Origin: Candidatus Woesearchaeota archaeon
GTDB lineage: Archaea > Nanobdellota > Nanobdellia > Woesearchaeales > ARS49
Assembly (NCBI GenBank): GCA_019323015.1
Contig: JAHWHY010000008.1
Span: 225-64,224 of the forward strand
Reading direction: 5' to 3'
Length of the DNA: 64,000 nt
This document shows positions 1 to 8,277 of this stretch, one piece after another (within the stretch, counting starts at the first letter, position 1; each line of letters begins with the position of its first letter). The position numbers were made by a program, and so were the translations under genes. A model generated the notes under the pieces. The model saw only the letters and a program-made list of their open reading frames with translations, had not been told where the DNA came from and searched no databases.

Positions 1-252
1 CCAGAGCCTGCTGACTTTGTTGAAGTTGATATTAAAGAATCTGCTCCAGAACCAGTTGCTGAAGAGCCAGCACCTGTTAAAGAAATTTACAAAGAACCAG
101 AACCCCCTATTTCAGAGCCAGAGGAAGAAAAACCGCCAGAAGAGTCTCTAAAACCACAGAATTATGAGGTTTTAGAGCCTGTGGAACCACAGGATTCTGA
201 GGATTCAGAGCCTGAGGAAGAAGACGACGGAATAATGTTAGAGGGAATGTAA
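1..252 (+). CDS. C-terminal fragment of an acidic Pro/Glu-rich protein (5' end outside the window)
   Basis: Frame 1 is open from nt 1 to TAA at 250-252. The translation PEPADFVEVDIKESAPEPVAEEPAP...EEEDDGIMLEGM is low-complexity with no recognisable domain. Confidence 0.4.
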   Translation, partial: PEPADFVEVDIKESAPEPVAEEPAPVKEIYKEPEPPISEPEEEKPPEESLKPQNYEVLEPVEPQDSEDSEPEEEDDGIMLEGM

Positions 253-337
253 CTACTTTCTAAAGACAAATAACCGAAAGCTTTAAAAAGGGCTATTACT
301 ATTATTATGTATAAATTATACATATGGGGTGGATTAA

Positions 338-490
338 GTGACAGAGCAGATAGTGATTACTAAGAAGATTGCCAAGCACGGAAACCAAGCTATAATAATA
401 GTTCCTAGAATTCTTGAAAAGAAGTTAAAGCCAAAGACCATCGTAAAATTGACAATTGACGTTCTTGAGGAGGCTGAAAATGCAGACTAA
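338..490 (+). CDS. small AbrB/SpoVT-like DNA-binding protein (50 aa, GTG start, below the ORF-track cutoff)
   Basis: Hand translation is VTEQIVITKKIAKHGNQAIIIVPRILEKKLKPKTIVKLTIDVLEEAENAD. The K-x-G-N-x-x-x-I-x-(I/V)-P pattern is typical of swapped-hairpin AbrB/MazE domains. GGGGTGG lies 5 nt upstream of the GTG, and the ORF overlaps the next gene by 11 nt. Confidence 0.35.
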   Translation: MTEQIVITKKIAKHGNQAIIIVPRILEKKLKPKTIVKLTIDVLEEAENAD

Positions 491-2735
491 AATGCAGGAC
501 AGGGCAGACCGCATGCTTGCAGCCTCTTATGGTGCAGATTTTGACGACCAAGAGGAGATGGAAAGGCTCAGGAATATTGTCTGCTTGGTTCTTGATGAGA
601 ATGGCGAATTGATTGAGAAGCTTCCTGGAAAAGGCGCTCTTGAAGAGCTGGGCATTGGAACTTACAAAAAGCAGTTTAATGCTGCCATGAGAAATCCTTT
701 GATAAGGACTGTGAGAAATAGCATAGAAAGGATTCTTGGCAGAGAGGAAAGACAGGAGATGCTTTGCCACTCTCATGAATTAAAGCTTGAATTAGGAAGG
801 GACTGGAAAAGGTTTTACTCTAACCTCTTGCTTGGAGAGAATAATCAGGGAATATTAAAACATCTTGCAGAACAGGGAATTATTGACAACAATTACATAG
901 AAAAACTTGCTGATAATACTGGCTGGGTTTTTAACAGGCATCCTTTGCCTATATACGAGGTTTTAGTTGACCAGTCATCTAAGCAGTCAAAAGTTGATGG
1001 CGGAGGGCTTTACAAGATTATTCTGGAAATCCGCCCAGGAGAATTCAGGACTTTTTTTGCTAAAAAGCATGCAAAGAATGATGATTACCAGAGAACACTG
1101 AAAGTTCAGCCTTTGCTTGCAAAAATCACAGATAAAGTCAGCCCTATTGTTGCTAAGGATTCTCATAATGGGATTACTATTGAGAATTACATTAATGGCG
1201 AGACCTTGACGCATGCTCTTAAGCGTGCTTCCTTGGATTTGTATCCTTACAATGATCCTGCTGAAAGAGCTGTGCAGGAAATCCGTGTAAGAGAGTATAA
1301 TGACAGGGAAAGAAAGAAAAAGTTGATTCCTGCGCTTGATGAGCTGGTGGAAATCTCCAATGCTGTTGAAGCAAACAAGCCATTATTCAGTGAACTGCGT
1401 GTTTTGGGTAAAGGCGGCAGGTCTTTTGGAGACTGGTTCAGGGAAAAATACAGTCCAAACACTGCTGGCCTGGTTTCACTTATTCAGAGAAATATCACAG
1501 ATTACCTGGATTCAGAAGATACTGTCTTCTGCCATGGTGATGCTCACACAGATAACGTTATTATGAGATTACATAAGCCTAACTGGATTGACTGGGAGTT
1601 TGCAGGCTTCAGCATTCCGCAGTGGGATGTCGTGAAGTTATTGAAAAAAACAGGCTTGAGTTCAGAGACAGAGCAGGAGATTGTTGATCATGTCTGTGAA
1701 AAAAGAAATTACGCAGACAGGGCACGTTTTAATATTGTGTACAACAAGACAAAGATTTTTGACAGGCTTGCCTCTGCTGCAAAATATCACAAGCTTTCCT
1801 TGGATTCCAGAAGGCATAGGGAAGAAAAGCAGGCTCAGGCAGATATTTACTTTACAGATGCTCTTGAGATGATTATAGCAGACAGCACAATCAGTGAAGA
1901 AGACAAATCAGCTCTTGTCAGTGGTCTTGAGAAAGATGCTAAAGGCAGGTTTTCAAGGCTTGCAGAAGAAGAGTATGCGAAAATCTCTGCAGAGCTTGAC
2001 CCTTACTCAAGCCAGTCAATAGAGAACTTTGGAACACCTTCAATCATGGAAAAGTATGCAAGGCCTCCTTTAACAGAGCGTCTTGGAAAGTTGTGGAAAA
2101 AGCATAAAGTAAAGATAGTTGCGGGAATGACTCTGTTGGCTGCTTCTGTTGCAGGCAAGTTTGTTTATGATGATGTTCAGGCTGAGAAAGCAAGACAACA
2201 AACAATGATAGAGAGAACAATGCAGTATTTTGCTGACATTGACAGGAATGAAAAGCTCATGCCTTTTGTTGAGGAATATGCAGGAAAGTATGACAATGTA
2301 AGTCCGCATGAGCTTGCTGCTGTGATTAACTCTGCTTTCCAGTATAACCAAAAGGTTGCAGATGACTTGCTTGATTACAGGCAGAATCCAGAGCCCTGGA
2401 TTCATGATGCTGGTGTCAAGAAGAAAAGAGAGATGTTCAAGCTAAAAAGCGGCTTGTCTGAAAGACAGTCTTTTGTGAAAGAAGAGCACTTGGAAGATCC
2501 TGAGAATAATGTTTTTGCTGCTGCCAAAAGGCTCAGTAATATGAAAAACTTATTTCCAGATATTGAGGATGCCATCCTGGCGTTTTATACAAGTCCTGAA
2601 TTTGTTGAAAAATGCAAGGAAAAAGCAGGAAATTATTGGGATTACTCCGAGGAAAAAGAGTTTGAGTGGAGTGATTCATTCAAGCATAATTACAAGGCCT
2701 TGACAGACAGGGCTATTGCTAACCTGGAAAAATGA
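480..2735 (+). CDS. membrane-anchored protein: N-terminal APH/choline-kinase-like phosphotransferase fold, one TM helix, C-terminal SLT-like (lytic transglycosylase-like) domain
   Basis: FCHGDAHTDNVIM and WIDWEFAG match the HGDxxxxN / IDxE motifs of aminoglycoside-phosphotransferase-type kinases. The TM segment is IVAGMTLLAASVAGKFVY. The C-terminal LEDPENNVFAAAKRLSNMKNLF...AILAFYTSPEFV resembles the SLT L.DPE.N...AYN.GP..V block. The start is moved to ATG 480, which has GAGGAGG 7 nt upstream; the track start at 456 is TTG. Confidence 0.6.
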   Translation: MQTKMQDRADRMLAASYGADFDDQEEMERLRNIVCLVLDENGELIEKLPGKGALEELGIGTYKKQFNAAMRNPLIRTVRNSIERILGREERQEMLCHSHELKLELGRDWKRFYSNLLLGENNQGILKHLAEQGIIDNNYIEKLADNTGWVFNRHPLPIYEVLVDQSSKQSKVDGGGLYKIILEIRPGEFRTFFAKKHAKNDDYQRTLKVQPLLAKITDKVSPIVAKDSHNGITIENYINGETLTHALKRASLDLYPYNDPAERAVQEIRVREYNDRERKKKLIPALDELVEISNAVEANKPLFSELRVLGKGGRSFGDWFREKYSPNTAGLVSLIQRNITDYLDSEDTVFCHGDAHTDNVIMRLHKPNWIDWEFAGFSIPQWDVVKLLKKTGLSSETEQEIVDHVCEKRNYADRARFNIVYNKTKIFDRLASAAKYHKLSLDSRRHREEKQAQADIYFTDALEMIIADSTISEEDKSALVSGLEKDAKGRFSRLAEEEYAKISAELDPYSSQSIENFGTPSIMEKYARPPLTERLGKLWKKHKVKIVAGMTLLAASVAGKFVYDDVQAEKARQQTMIERTMQYFADIDRNEKLMPFVEEYAGKYDNVSPHELAAVINSAFQYNQKVADDLLDYRQNPEPWIHDAGVKKKREMFKLKSGLSERQSFVKEEHLEDPENNVFAAAKRLSNMKNLFPDIEDAILAFYTSPEFVEKCKEKAGNYWDYSEEKEFEWSDSFKHNYKALTDRAIANLEK

Positions 2736-3670
2736 AAAAAGAAATACTTGATTGGAAAGTGCATGATGCTTTAAGAGATTTGAATAGAAAGCAGAACTAC
2801 ATGCATATTGCTGCAGAGTATGTTAAAGACAAGTGCAGGCAGGCTGTGGCTATTGGAGGCTTTGCTCTTGGTGTTTCAGGAGTTATTGTAGCCCCTCTGG
2901 GCCTGCTGGCTCTTGTTGCCGAACAGTTTGCTGGCAGCAAGGCAGAGGCTTATGAAACAAGCCGTCCAAGAAGTGATGTTTATGAGCAGAAATATTCTGA
3001 TTTGGTTGAAAAAGTCAGTGAAAAGACTGGCGTTGATGAGAGAATACTGCTTGGCTTGATTGCAGGCGGAAACTCAACATATGCTAATGATTTGAGAGAG
3101 AATGGCTATGCAGGTATTGTTCCTGTAAGGCCTGAGGAGGCTGGCGTTACTGCAGAAACATTGAGTAATGATGACGAGCAGTGCCTGTTGAGTGCTGCAA
3201 GAGTTTTTCAGGAAATTGCAGGATCACAGAATTCACATAATCTTGAGGCTGCTGTTGGGTGTTTTTGGTACAGGAAAATGCAGGAGGATGCTGAAAAAAA
3301 CTCTGCTGGAAACTGGGATTATGTTTCATCTGCAGTGCGTGCTTATGAAATGCGGCAGGATAGTGTTCGTGTTGGCAACTTGCAGGAGCAGCTGCAGGCT
3401 CATGAAGGTGCTCTTGCCATTAAAGAGAATTTAAAGCAGAGATTCTCTGGCAAAGAGCTGGATTTTTGGATGATAAGAAGCACTGGCTTGCAGAGAGAGA
3501 TTAAAGACCCTGCTTTCCTGTTCTTCTGCACTGCTGCCATAGAGGCTCATAGAAGATACCGGGCTGGAGATGAGTTTGAGTGGATTGATTTGCTTCCTGT
3601 CAAGCCGTCTGCTGCTATCGGCTGTTCTCTTGCTTACATGGACGGTGTGGAATTAACAAATGGCAAATAA
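2732..3670 (+). CDS. single-pass membrane protein with an SLT-like domain in which the catalytic Glu position is Asn
   Basis: The TM segment is AVAIGGFALGVSGVIVAPLGLLALVAEQF. ILLGLIAGGNSTYANDLRENGYAGIVPV aligns by eye to the SLT motif ..ES.(F/W)NP.A.S..GA.GLMQ(I/V). ATGA overlap with the upstream gene. Confidence 0.5.
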   Translation: MKKEILDWKVHDALRDLNRKQNYMHIAAEYVKDKCRQAVAIGGFALGVSGVIVAPLGLLALVAEQFAGSKAEAYETSRPRSDVYEQKYSDLVEKVSEKTGVDERILLGLIAGGNSTYANDLRENGYAGIVPVRPEEAGVTAETLSNDDEQCLLSAARVFQEIAGSQNSHNLEAAVGCFWYRKMQEDAEKNSAGNWDYVSSAVRAYEMRQDSVRVGNLQEQLQAHEGALAIKENLKQRFSGKELDFWMIRSTGLQREIKDPAFLFFCTAAIEAHRRYRAGDEFEWIDLLPVKPSAAIGCSLAYMDGVELTNGK

Positions 3671-4049
3671 AAACAATTTAGAAGATATGGTAAAGAAACT
3701 CAGCAAGAATCTGCCAAAATTCATAGATTTAAATACCTTTGAAAAAAGGACATTGAAAATAATACGAAGCAAATACAAACCAGATGCTGAATATAAATCA
3801 ATAAGCGGACATTCTAATAGAAAATTTGTGGAATTTGTGGGTGAAGAGGAGAAAAAATGTGCCTTGCATCCCTGCGCGAGACAAAAAGGTTCAGAATTGG
3901 TGATATCTGCTGGTCTATTTAATCAGGAAGTGGCAAAACTTGCTGCAGGAACAGGCATACCAAAAAATTATCTTATAGTATACATCAAAGGAAGCGGCAA
4001 ACTTTATAAAAAATATATTAAAAAACTGGAGGAAGAATATGAGATTTAG
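3660..4049 (+). CDS. hypothetical protein (weak HicA-like resemblance)
   Basis: A 129-aa ORF that overlaps both neighbours. SGHSNRKF...HPCARQKGSELVISAGLFNQEVAKLAAGTGI loosely recalls the HicA GSH...H.GK.L..GT...IL.QAG pattern. This is not a secure assignment. Confidence 0.4.
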   Translation: MANKNNLEDMVKKLSKNLPKFIDLNTFEKRTLKIIRSKYKPDAEYKSISGHSNRKFVEFVGEEEKKCALHPCARQKGSELVISAGLFNQEVAKLAAGTGIPKNYLIVYIKGSGKLYKKYIKKLEEEYEI

Positions 4050-4545
4050 TCAAAAGCTTTATATAGATGGAAAACAACGTATATTCCATATGGCAGACAT
4101 AGTTTATAATGCGTTTTTAGAAGAAGATGAAGGAGAAGTGTGGTATACTGCAATCGCAGAACCTGGCTGCGAAAGAGGAAGCGCGTGCATAGCTGCGCAG
4201 GGAGATACTTTTGAAGAGTTGAGGAGAGACATTCTTCAATCAATTAGAGATACTATGCAATTATCTGAAAATCACGAAGATATAGGCATACCAAAAAATC
4301 CGTCTGTTGCCGTGCGCTTTACAGAGGAACTTTATCCAGGCACTGCAGGAGAAGTACAAATTGTTGCTGAAAGGAATTGCACAAAGTATCAAACAAGACC
4401 AAATGGCGTGCTTGGTGAATCTTATTTTCATGAAAATGTTGAAGGACTGAGAGCATTGGTCAAGGATGCAGTGCAAAATGCAAATCCAAATGGCAAAAAA
4501 GTCATGCTGGTTCTTGAAGAAGTATTGCAGGATAGTTCAAACTAG
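4039..4545 (+). CDS. HicB-like (UPF0150-fold) protein
   Basis: YNAFLEEDEGEVWYTAIAEPGCERGSACIAAQGDTFEELRRDILQSI resembles the HicB N-terminal pattern (...DGGY.v.fPdlPGC.tqGdT.EEA..n..EAi). GGAGG lies 6 nt upstream of the ATG. Confidence 0.5.
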   Translation: MRFSQKLYIDGKQRIFHMADIVYNAFLEEDEGEVWYTAIAEPGCERGSACIAAQGDTFEELRRDILQSIRDTMQLSENHEDIGIPKNPSVAVRFTEELYPGTAGEVQIVAERNCTKYQTRPNGVLGESYFHENVEGLRALVKDAVQNANPNGKKVMLVLEEVLQDSSN

Positions 4546-5424
4546 AAAATAACTCAAATGAGTGATTTTCTCTAGTATGAATTCTAAGTAATGCACTAAG
4601 TATATGTTTTTCTTTTGTTTTAGTGTTGTTTCCTGCTTTTTGTGCATCTTGTCTATTGATTCTTTCATTGCAAGTATTTGTTTTCTGTCTTTTTTGTAAA
4701 AGCAGTCATAGTATTGCTCTGTTAATGCAGCTATTCCCTTGTAAAAGGACAGTGTTTCTGGTGTTATTTTTTCTTTTGTTTTTGCAAGATGGTTGCATAT
4801 GTATGTATAGTGGTCTGCCAGCTGCTCTAACACTGCTATTGCGTGGAACACAAATTTCTCTTCTTTCTGGTTTTTGTATCCGTATTTGTTGATTATTCTC
4901 AGGCAGAACAGAGTGTATTTGTTGCACATCCTTTCCTGGTCTGCGATGTTTTTCAGCCTTTGATAGTCTTTTTCTTTTATTGCTTCAAGGCTCTCTTGTG
5001 CCATTGATTTAACTAATAGAAATAATCGTCTTAATATGTTGTCAAACTCCTGCTCAAGCGCCTCTGCAACATTCTTTAGTGTGCAGCTGTTCTCTGTCTG
5101 CTTCACTAGTTCCATTCCTAAAAGTTTTTCTGTCTGTTTTACAACAAGATCCATTACTTTTGAATCATCAAACCTGACTGTTATTTCATCATATCCCTGC
5201 ATGTATGGTATGTCTATCAGCCTGTTCATGTATTCTTTTGTTGTTGGGATGTATACTTCTTTTTTCAGGGCTTCTGTTTTCTTTTCTGTTGTGATTTGGA
5301 GCTTGCCGTCTATGTCAGCTATCTCTACTTCATCTCCTTTCTTTAGTTTCTGGTCTTTTATCCACTTTGACGGCAGTGATACCATCATTGTGGCAGCTCC
5401 TTGTTTCACAAGTTTCCTTCTCAT
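4537..5424 (-). CDS. AbrB/SpoVT-domain + PhoU-like regulator (archaeal phosphate-uptake-regulator type)
   Basis: The N-terminus MRRKLVKQGAATMMVSLPSKWIKDQKLKKGDEVEI is a typical SpoVT/AbrB domain, followed by a helical PhoU-like region. It is a paralog of 47483-48400. Confidence 0.7.
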   Translation of the reverse strand: MRRKLVKQGAATMMVSLPSKWIKDQKLKKGDEVEIADIDGKLQITTEKKTEALKKEVYIPTTKEYMNRLIDIPYMQGYDEITVRFDDSKVMDLVVKQTEKLLGMELVKQTENSCTLKNVAEALEQEFDNILRRLFLLVKSMAQESLEAIKEKDYQRLKNIADQERMCNKYTLFCLRIINKYGYKNQKEEKFVFHAIAVLEQLADHYTYICNHLAKTKEKITPETLSFYKGIAALTEQYYDCFYKKDRKQILAMKESIDKMHKKQETTLKQKKNIYLVHYLEFILEKITHLSYFLV

Positions 5425-5558
5425 AAGTTAGTAATAATAGTAAGATGTTTATAAAGTTAATGGAAAATTTAAACATTTATACTAGTATATATACTTTAAA
5501 CCTAATGTTTATATCTTGACTTCTTTATTACTACTACTAAATGGTTAGTGGGTGAAAA
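5425..5558. promoter_or_regulatory. divergent intergenic promoter region with several TATA-like boxes
   Basis: A 134-nt AT-rich spacer lies between divergent genes. It contains ATGTTTATAAAG, CATTTATAC and ATGTTTATATC elements. GGGTGA lies upstream of ATG 5559. Confidence 0.4.
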
Positions 5559-6284
5559 ATGAATTTCGAGATAACCGCAAAAAGAGTAAAAAACAGAAAC
5601 AATCCCAAAGAACAATACAGTATACTTGTAGAGCTAAAAGGAGATTGGTTAGACCTGCGCAGAACAGGATTGCAAGCATTCTACAAAGGAACATTGCATG
5701 GAACTGACGCAGAAAAAAGCCTGGAATCCTTCTTGCTGGGCTTAGAGCAAAAATGCAATCTTGAATCAAAAGTTGTTGTGGCAGATAAAAACACAAGAAT
5801 ACTTGCTTGCAAAGCAGATAAAAACAATTATTTGAACCAACACCTTAACGAACTAGGAGCAAGATACCTCATCGCTCCAAGAAATGAATGGGTATCTTGG
5901 GCTGAGCTGCATGACTTCTACACACTTAATGAAGAGACTGGCTACAGGCCAGGAACTCCTGTTGAAAGATTAAGACAGGCAGCATTTGACACTCGAAGAA
6001 CTGGGAAGGCTTTCTTTAATCTTGGCGAACTAAAAGGATGGCAGCCAGATGTAGAGTTCTTGTTTGAAAATATTTCAGAAGAGGAAAGTGATAGGCTGGA
6101 GAATCAATTGCAGTATTTCCACTTTGAAGTCCACAACTACGAATCAAATGACGGGATAATCAAGCCAAAATTAACAATCAAAGAGGCTGACAAAGTTGCT
6201 AGATTATTCGAACAGATGGCAGATATTGTTGAGCCATTCTGGAATAGAGTTGAAGAAGAATATGACAGAGGTAATGAAAAATGA
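5559..6284 (+). CDS. hypothetical protein
   Basis: A 241-aa ORF with an SD-like GGGTGA upstream. Its stop overlaps the next start (ATGA). No motif recognised. Confidence 0.6.
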   Translation: MNFEITAKRVKNRNNPKEQYSILVELKGDWLDLRRTGLQAFYKGTLHGTDAEKSLESFLLGLEQKCNLESKVVVADKNTRILACKADKNNYLNQHLNELGARYLIAPRNEWVSWAELHDFYTLNEETGYRPGTPVERLRQAAFDTRRTGKAFFNLGELKGWQPDVEFLFENISEEESDRLENQLQYFHFEVHNYESNDGIIKPKLTIKEADKVARLFEQMADIVEPFWNRVEEEYDRGNEK

Positions 6285-7387
6285 AAAAAACACTTATAGC
6301 ACTGGCAATGACAGCTGCAGGAGCTTTGTTTCCTGGAGAGGCTGAAGCAGAGGATAAAAAGCCTAAGTTTAATCTTTGGGCAGAGACTTTTAATCAGGTT
6401 GATACTAATGGCCATAACTTATGGCAGCCAAGGATTGAGGTTTCTAATGGAGATAATAGTTACTTCTTCAGGGCAGACTATCAAAAAACACATGCTAGAG
6501 AAGGATACAGGATTGGTTCAAGATTGCCTGTTGATTTTGATGCTCTTAGAGGAGAAATTGGTGCTTTTGGCACAACAGATTCAGATGATAATCATGGAAT
6601 TGGTGTTGAGTTTGATGGTACTGTTGCTGATTTCCTTACAATTAGCGGTTCTCTGGAAAAGACTGTTGGTCATCAGTTAAAGCATGTAATGCTTGGCAGG
6701 GAATTTCCTTTTGGCTTGACTGCAAAACTTAGTTATTTCAACAGGGATGGAAAGAACCATTTGAACGGCGCTGCCTGGCAGACTCTTGATGACCAGTATC
6801 TCTTGGGTATTGGCGGAAGAGTTGATGAAGAAGGAAAAGGGTTCTTTAATGCCTGTTTTGGAAGGTATGCAAAGGAAAAAGGAGAAGGTATTGGTTGGAG
6901 AGTTTTTGGCCAGACTGATTTTGACGGAAACTGGTCCATGGATGGGATATTGACTTTTGGAAACAAGTATTCTTTGGCTTCTTTTGCTGGATTGCTTAAT
7001 CCTTACAAAGGCGGGCCTAATGATCCTGGAATTGTAAGCAATATTGCAGACTACAGGCCTTCAGCTACATATGGCAAGGGCGATGATGCAGTGATTAGGT
7101 TCAGGGTTTCAAAGCAAAAAGACCAGCCTGCAACTTATTTTGCAGAAGCGCACTACAATTTTGGCAAACTTGGCCCTGTTGACAATATCCGGGCAGGTGC
7201 AAGCTGGCAAAGGCTTGACACTCCTGATGCAAAAGATCTTGTCAGTGCTGTTTTCTCTGCTGAAATCGGTCCTTTGTGTGCAGAATACATCCTTAATCTT
7301 CAGCAAGGCAAAGGCCCTGTCCATAACCTTTGGTTTGGAACAAGCCTGAATGATTGTATTGATTATGCAAGGAAGCAGTTAGAATGA
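6281..7387 (+). CDS. secreted beta-rich protein of unknown function
   Basis: The N-terminal signal-like segment is MKKTLIALAMTAAGALFPGEAEA. The body is Gly/aromatic-rich with alternating hydrophobic patterns. Confidence 0.6.
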   Translation: MKKTLIALAMTAAGALFPGEAEAEDKKPKFNLWAETFNQVDTNGHNLWQPRIEVSNGDNSYFFRADYQKTHAREGYRIGSRLPVDFDALRGEIGAFGTTDSDDNHGIGVEFDGTVADFLTISGSLEKTVGHQLKHVMLGREFPFGLTAKLSYFNRDGKNHLNGAAWQTLDDQYLLGIGGRVDEEGKGFFNACFGRYAKEKGEGIGWRVFGQTDFDGNWSMDGILTFGNKYSLASFAGLLNPYKGGPNDPGIVSNIADYRPSATYGKGDDAVIRFRVSKQKDQPATYFAEAHYNFGKLGPVDNIRAGASWQRLDTPDAKDLVSAVFSAEIGPLCAEYILNLQQGKGPVHNLWFGTSLNDCIDYARKQLE

Positions 7388-7506
7388 AATGCGAATACTG
7401 TGATTACGACTGGGAACCGCGGGTAGAAAACCCAAAGAGTTGTCCTAGATGCAAGCGCAGGTTTGATTACAAGAAATTACGACAGAGTTGGTTAGAGGAG
7501 GAATGA
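7384..7506 (+). CDS. 40-aa zinc-ribbon protein (not in the ORF track)
   Basis: Hand translation is MKCEYCDYDWEPRVENPKSCPRCKRRFDYKKLRQSWLEEE, with two CxxC pairs. ATGA overlap with the upstream stop, and the ORF ends 3 nt before the next gene. Confidence 0.5.
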   Translation: MKCEYCDYDWEPRVENPKSCPRCKRRFDYKKLRQSWLEEE

Positions 7507-7509
7507 AAA

Positions 7510-7899
7510 ATGACAGAAGAACCAGATGTATACAAGAGAAGACGGATGATGAAAAATTTTGCAGAAGGTAATCCTACAAAAGAAGATATTGAATTTATGA
7601 TGCAAGATTCAGAACAGGACCGGTATGGAGAACTGGAAACAATATCAAAAGATGCCGCAGATGGCCGAAGACTTGATGCAGATTATCATGGCGAGACAAG
7701 ACAGTATTATGTACCTAGTGATGGTGCTTGGATGAGTGGAAACGGCTTCAGGCTTGACAAGGCATATCGTGTTTTTGAAGAAAATGACAACACAATGACT
7801 GTGAGAGAAGTTGAACATCCTTCTGAAAAACAAGCAATCATTCAAGGATATATGCAGGAAATCAGGAGAATCCTGGACAAATCAGAGGAACAAGAATGA
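7510..7899 (+). CDS. hypothetical protein
   Basis: A 129-aa ORF with GAGGAGG upstream. No motif recognised. Confidence 0.55.
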   Translation: MTEEPDVYKRRRMMKNFAEGNPTKEDIEFMMQDSEQDRYGELETISKDAADGRRLDADYHGETRQYYVPSDGAWMSGNGFRLDKAYRVFEENDNTMTVREVEHPSEKQAIIQGYMQEIRRILDKSEEQE

Positions 7900-8007
7900 C
7901 AAACCTAATCGGCAAAGTCTTGCTGTTAAACCCGACTAATTCCCAACCGCAAATCTTCCGCCTTCTAAACCAAAAACCTTATAAACAAGCATACCTTTTG
8001 GTACCTT

Positions 8008-8277
8008 ATGGTATCTATTCATTTAAGATTGACCAAAGAATTAGCAAAACAAATAAGCAGTATAGAAAAGCAGTTCGGCTTTAACAGTGCTCAGGAATTC
8101 ATCAGGGCAGCAATAAGGAATACTATTGATGAATATGAGAAAAGGCAGGCTTTAAGAGGATTGAAAAAACTGTACGGCACTGCAAAAGCAAAAAAGAATC
8201 CTCCCTCAAGGCAGGAGGTCTTTGAAATGCTTGCAAAGAAAAAGTCTTCAGATATTTTCAGGAAATACGGCTTGTAA
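8008..8277 (+). CDS. ribbon-helix-helix (CopG-like) protein
   Basis: IHLRLTKELAKQISSIEKQFGFNSAQEFIRAAIRNTI fits the beta-strand plus two-helix RHH pattern. Confidence 0.55.
   Translation: MVSIHLRLTKELAKQISSIEKQFGFNSAQEFIRAAIRNTIDEYEKRQALRGLKKLYGTAKAKKNPPSRQEVFEMLAKKKSSDIFRKYGL

Noticed and set aside
7896-8084. 62-aa plus-strand ORF between 7510-7899 and the RHH gene
   Set aside because: It has no SD and overlaps the start of the better-supported RHH ORF in another frame. Its composition looks like intergenic or promoter sequence (AAACCTTATAAACAAGC).
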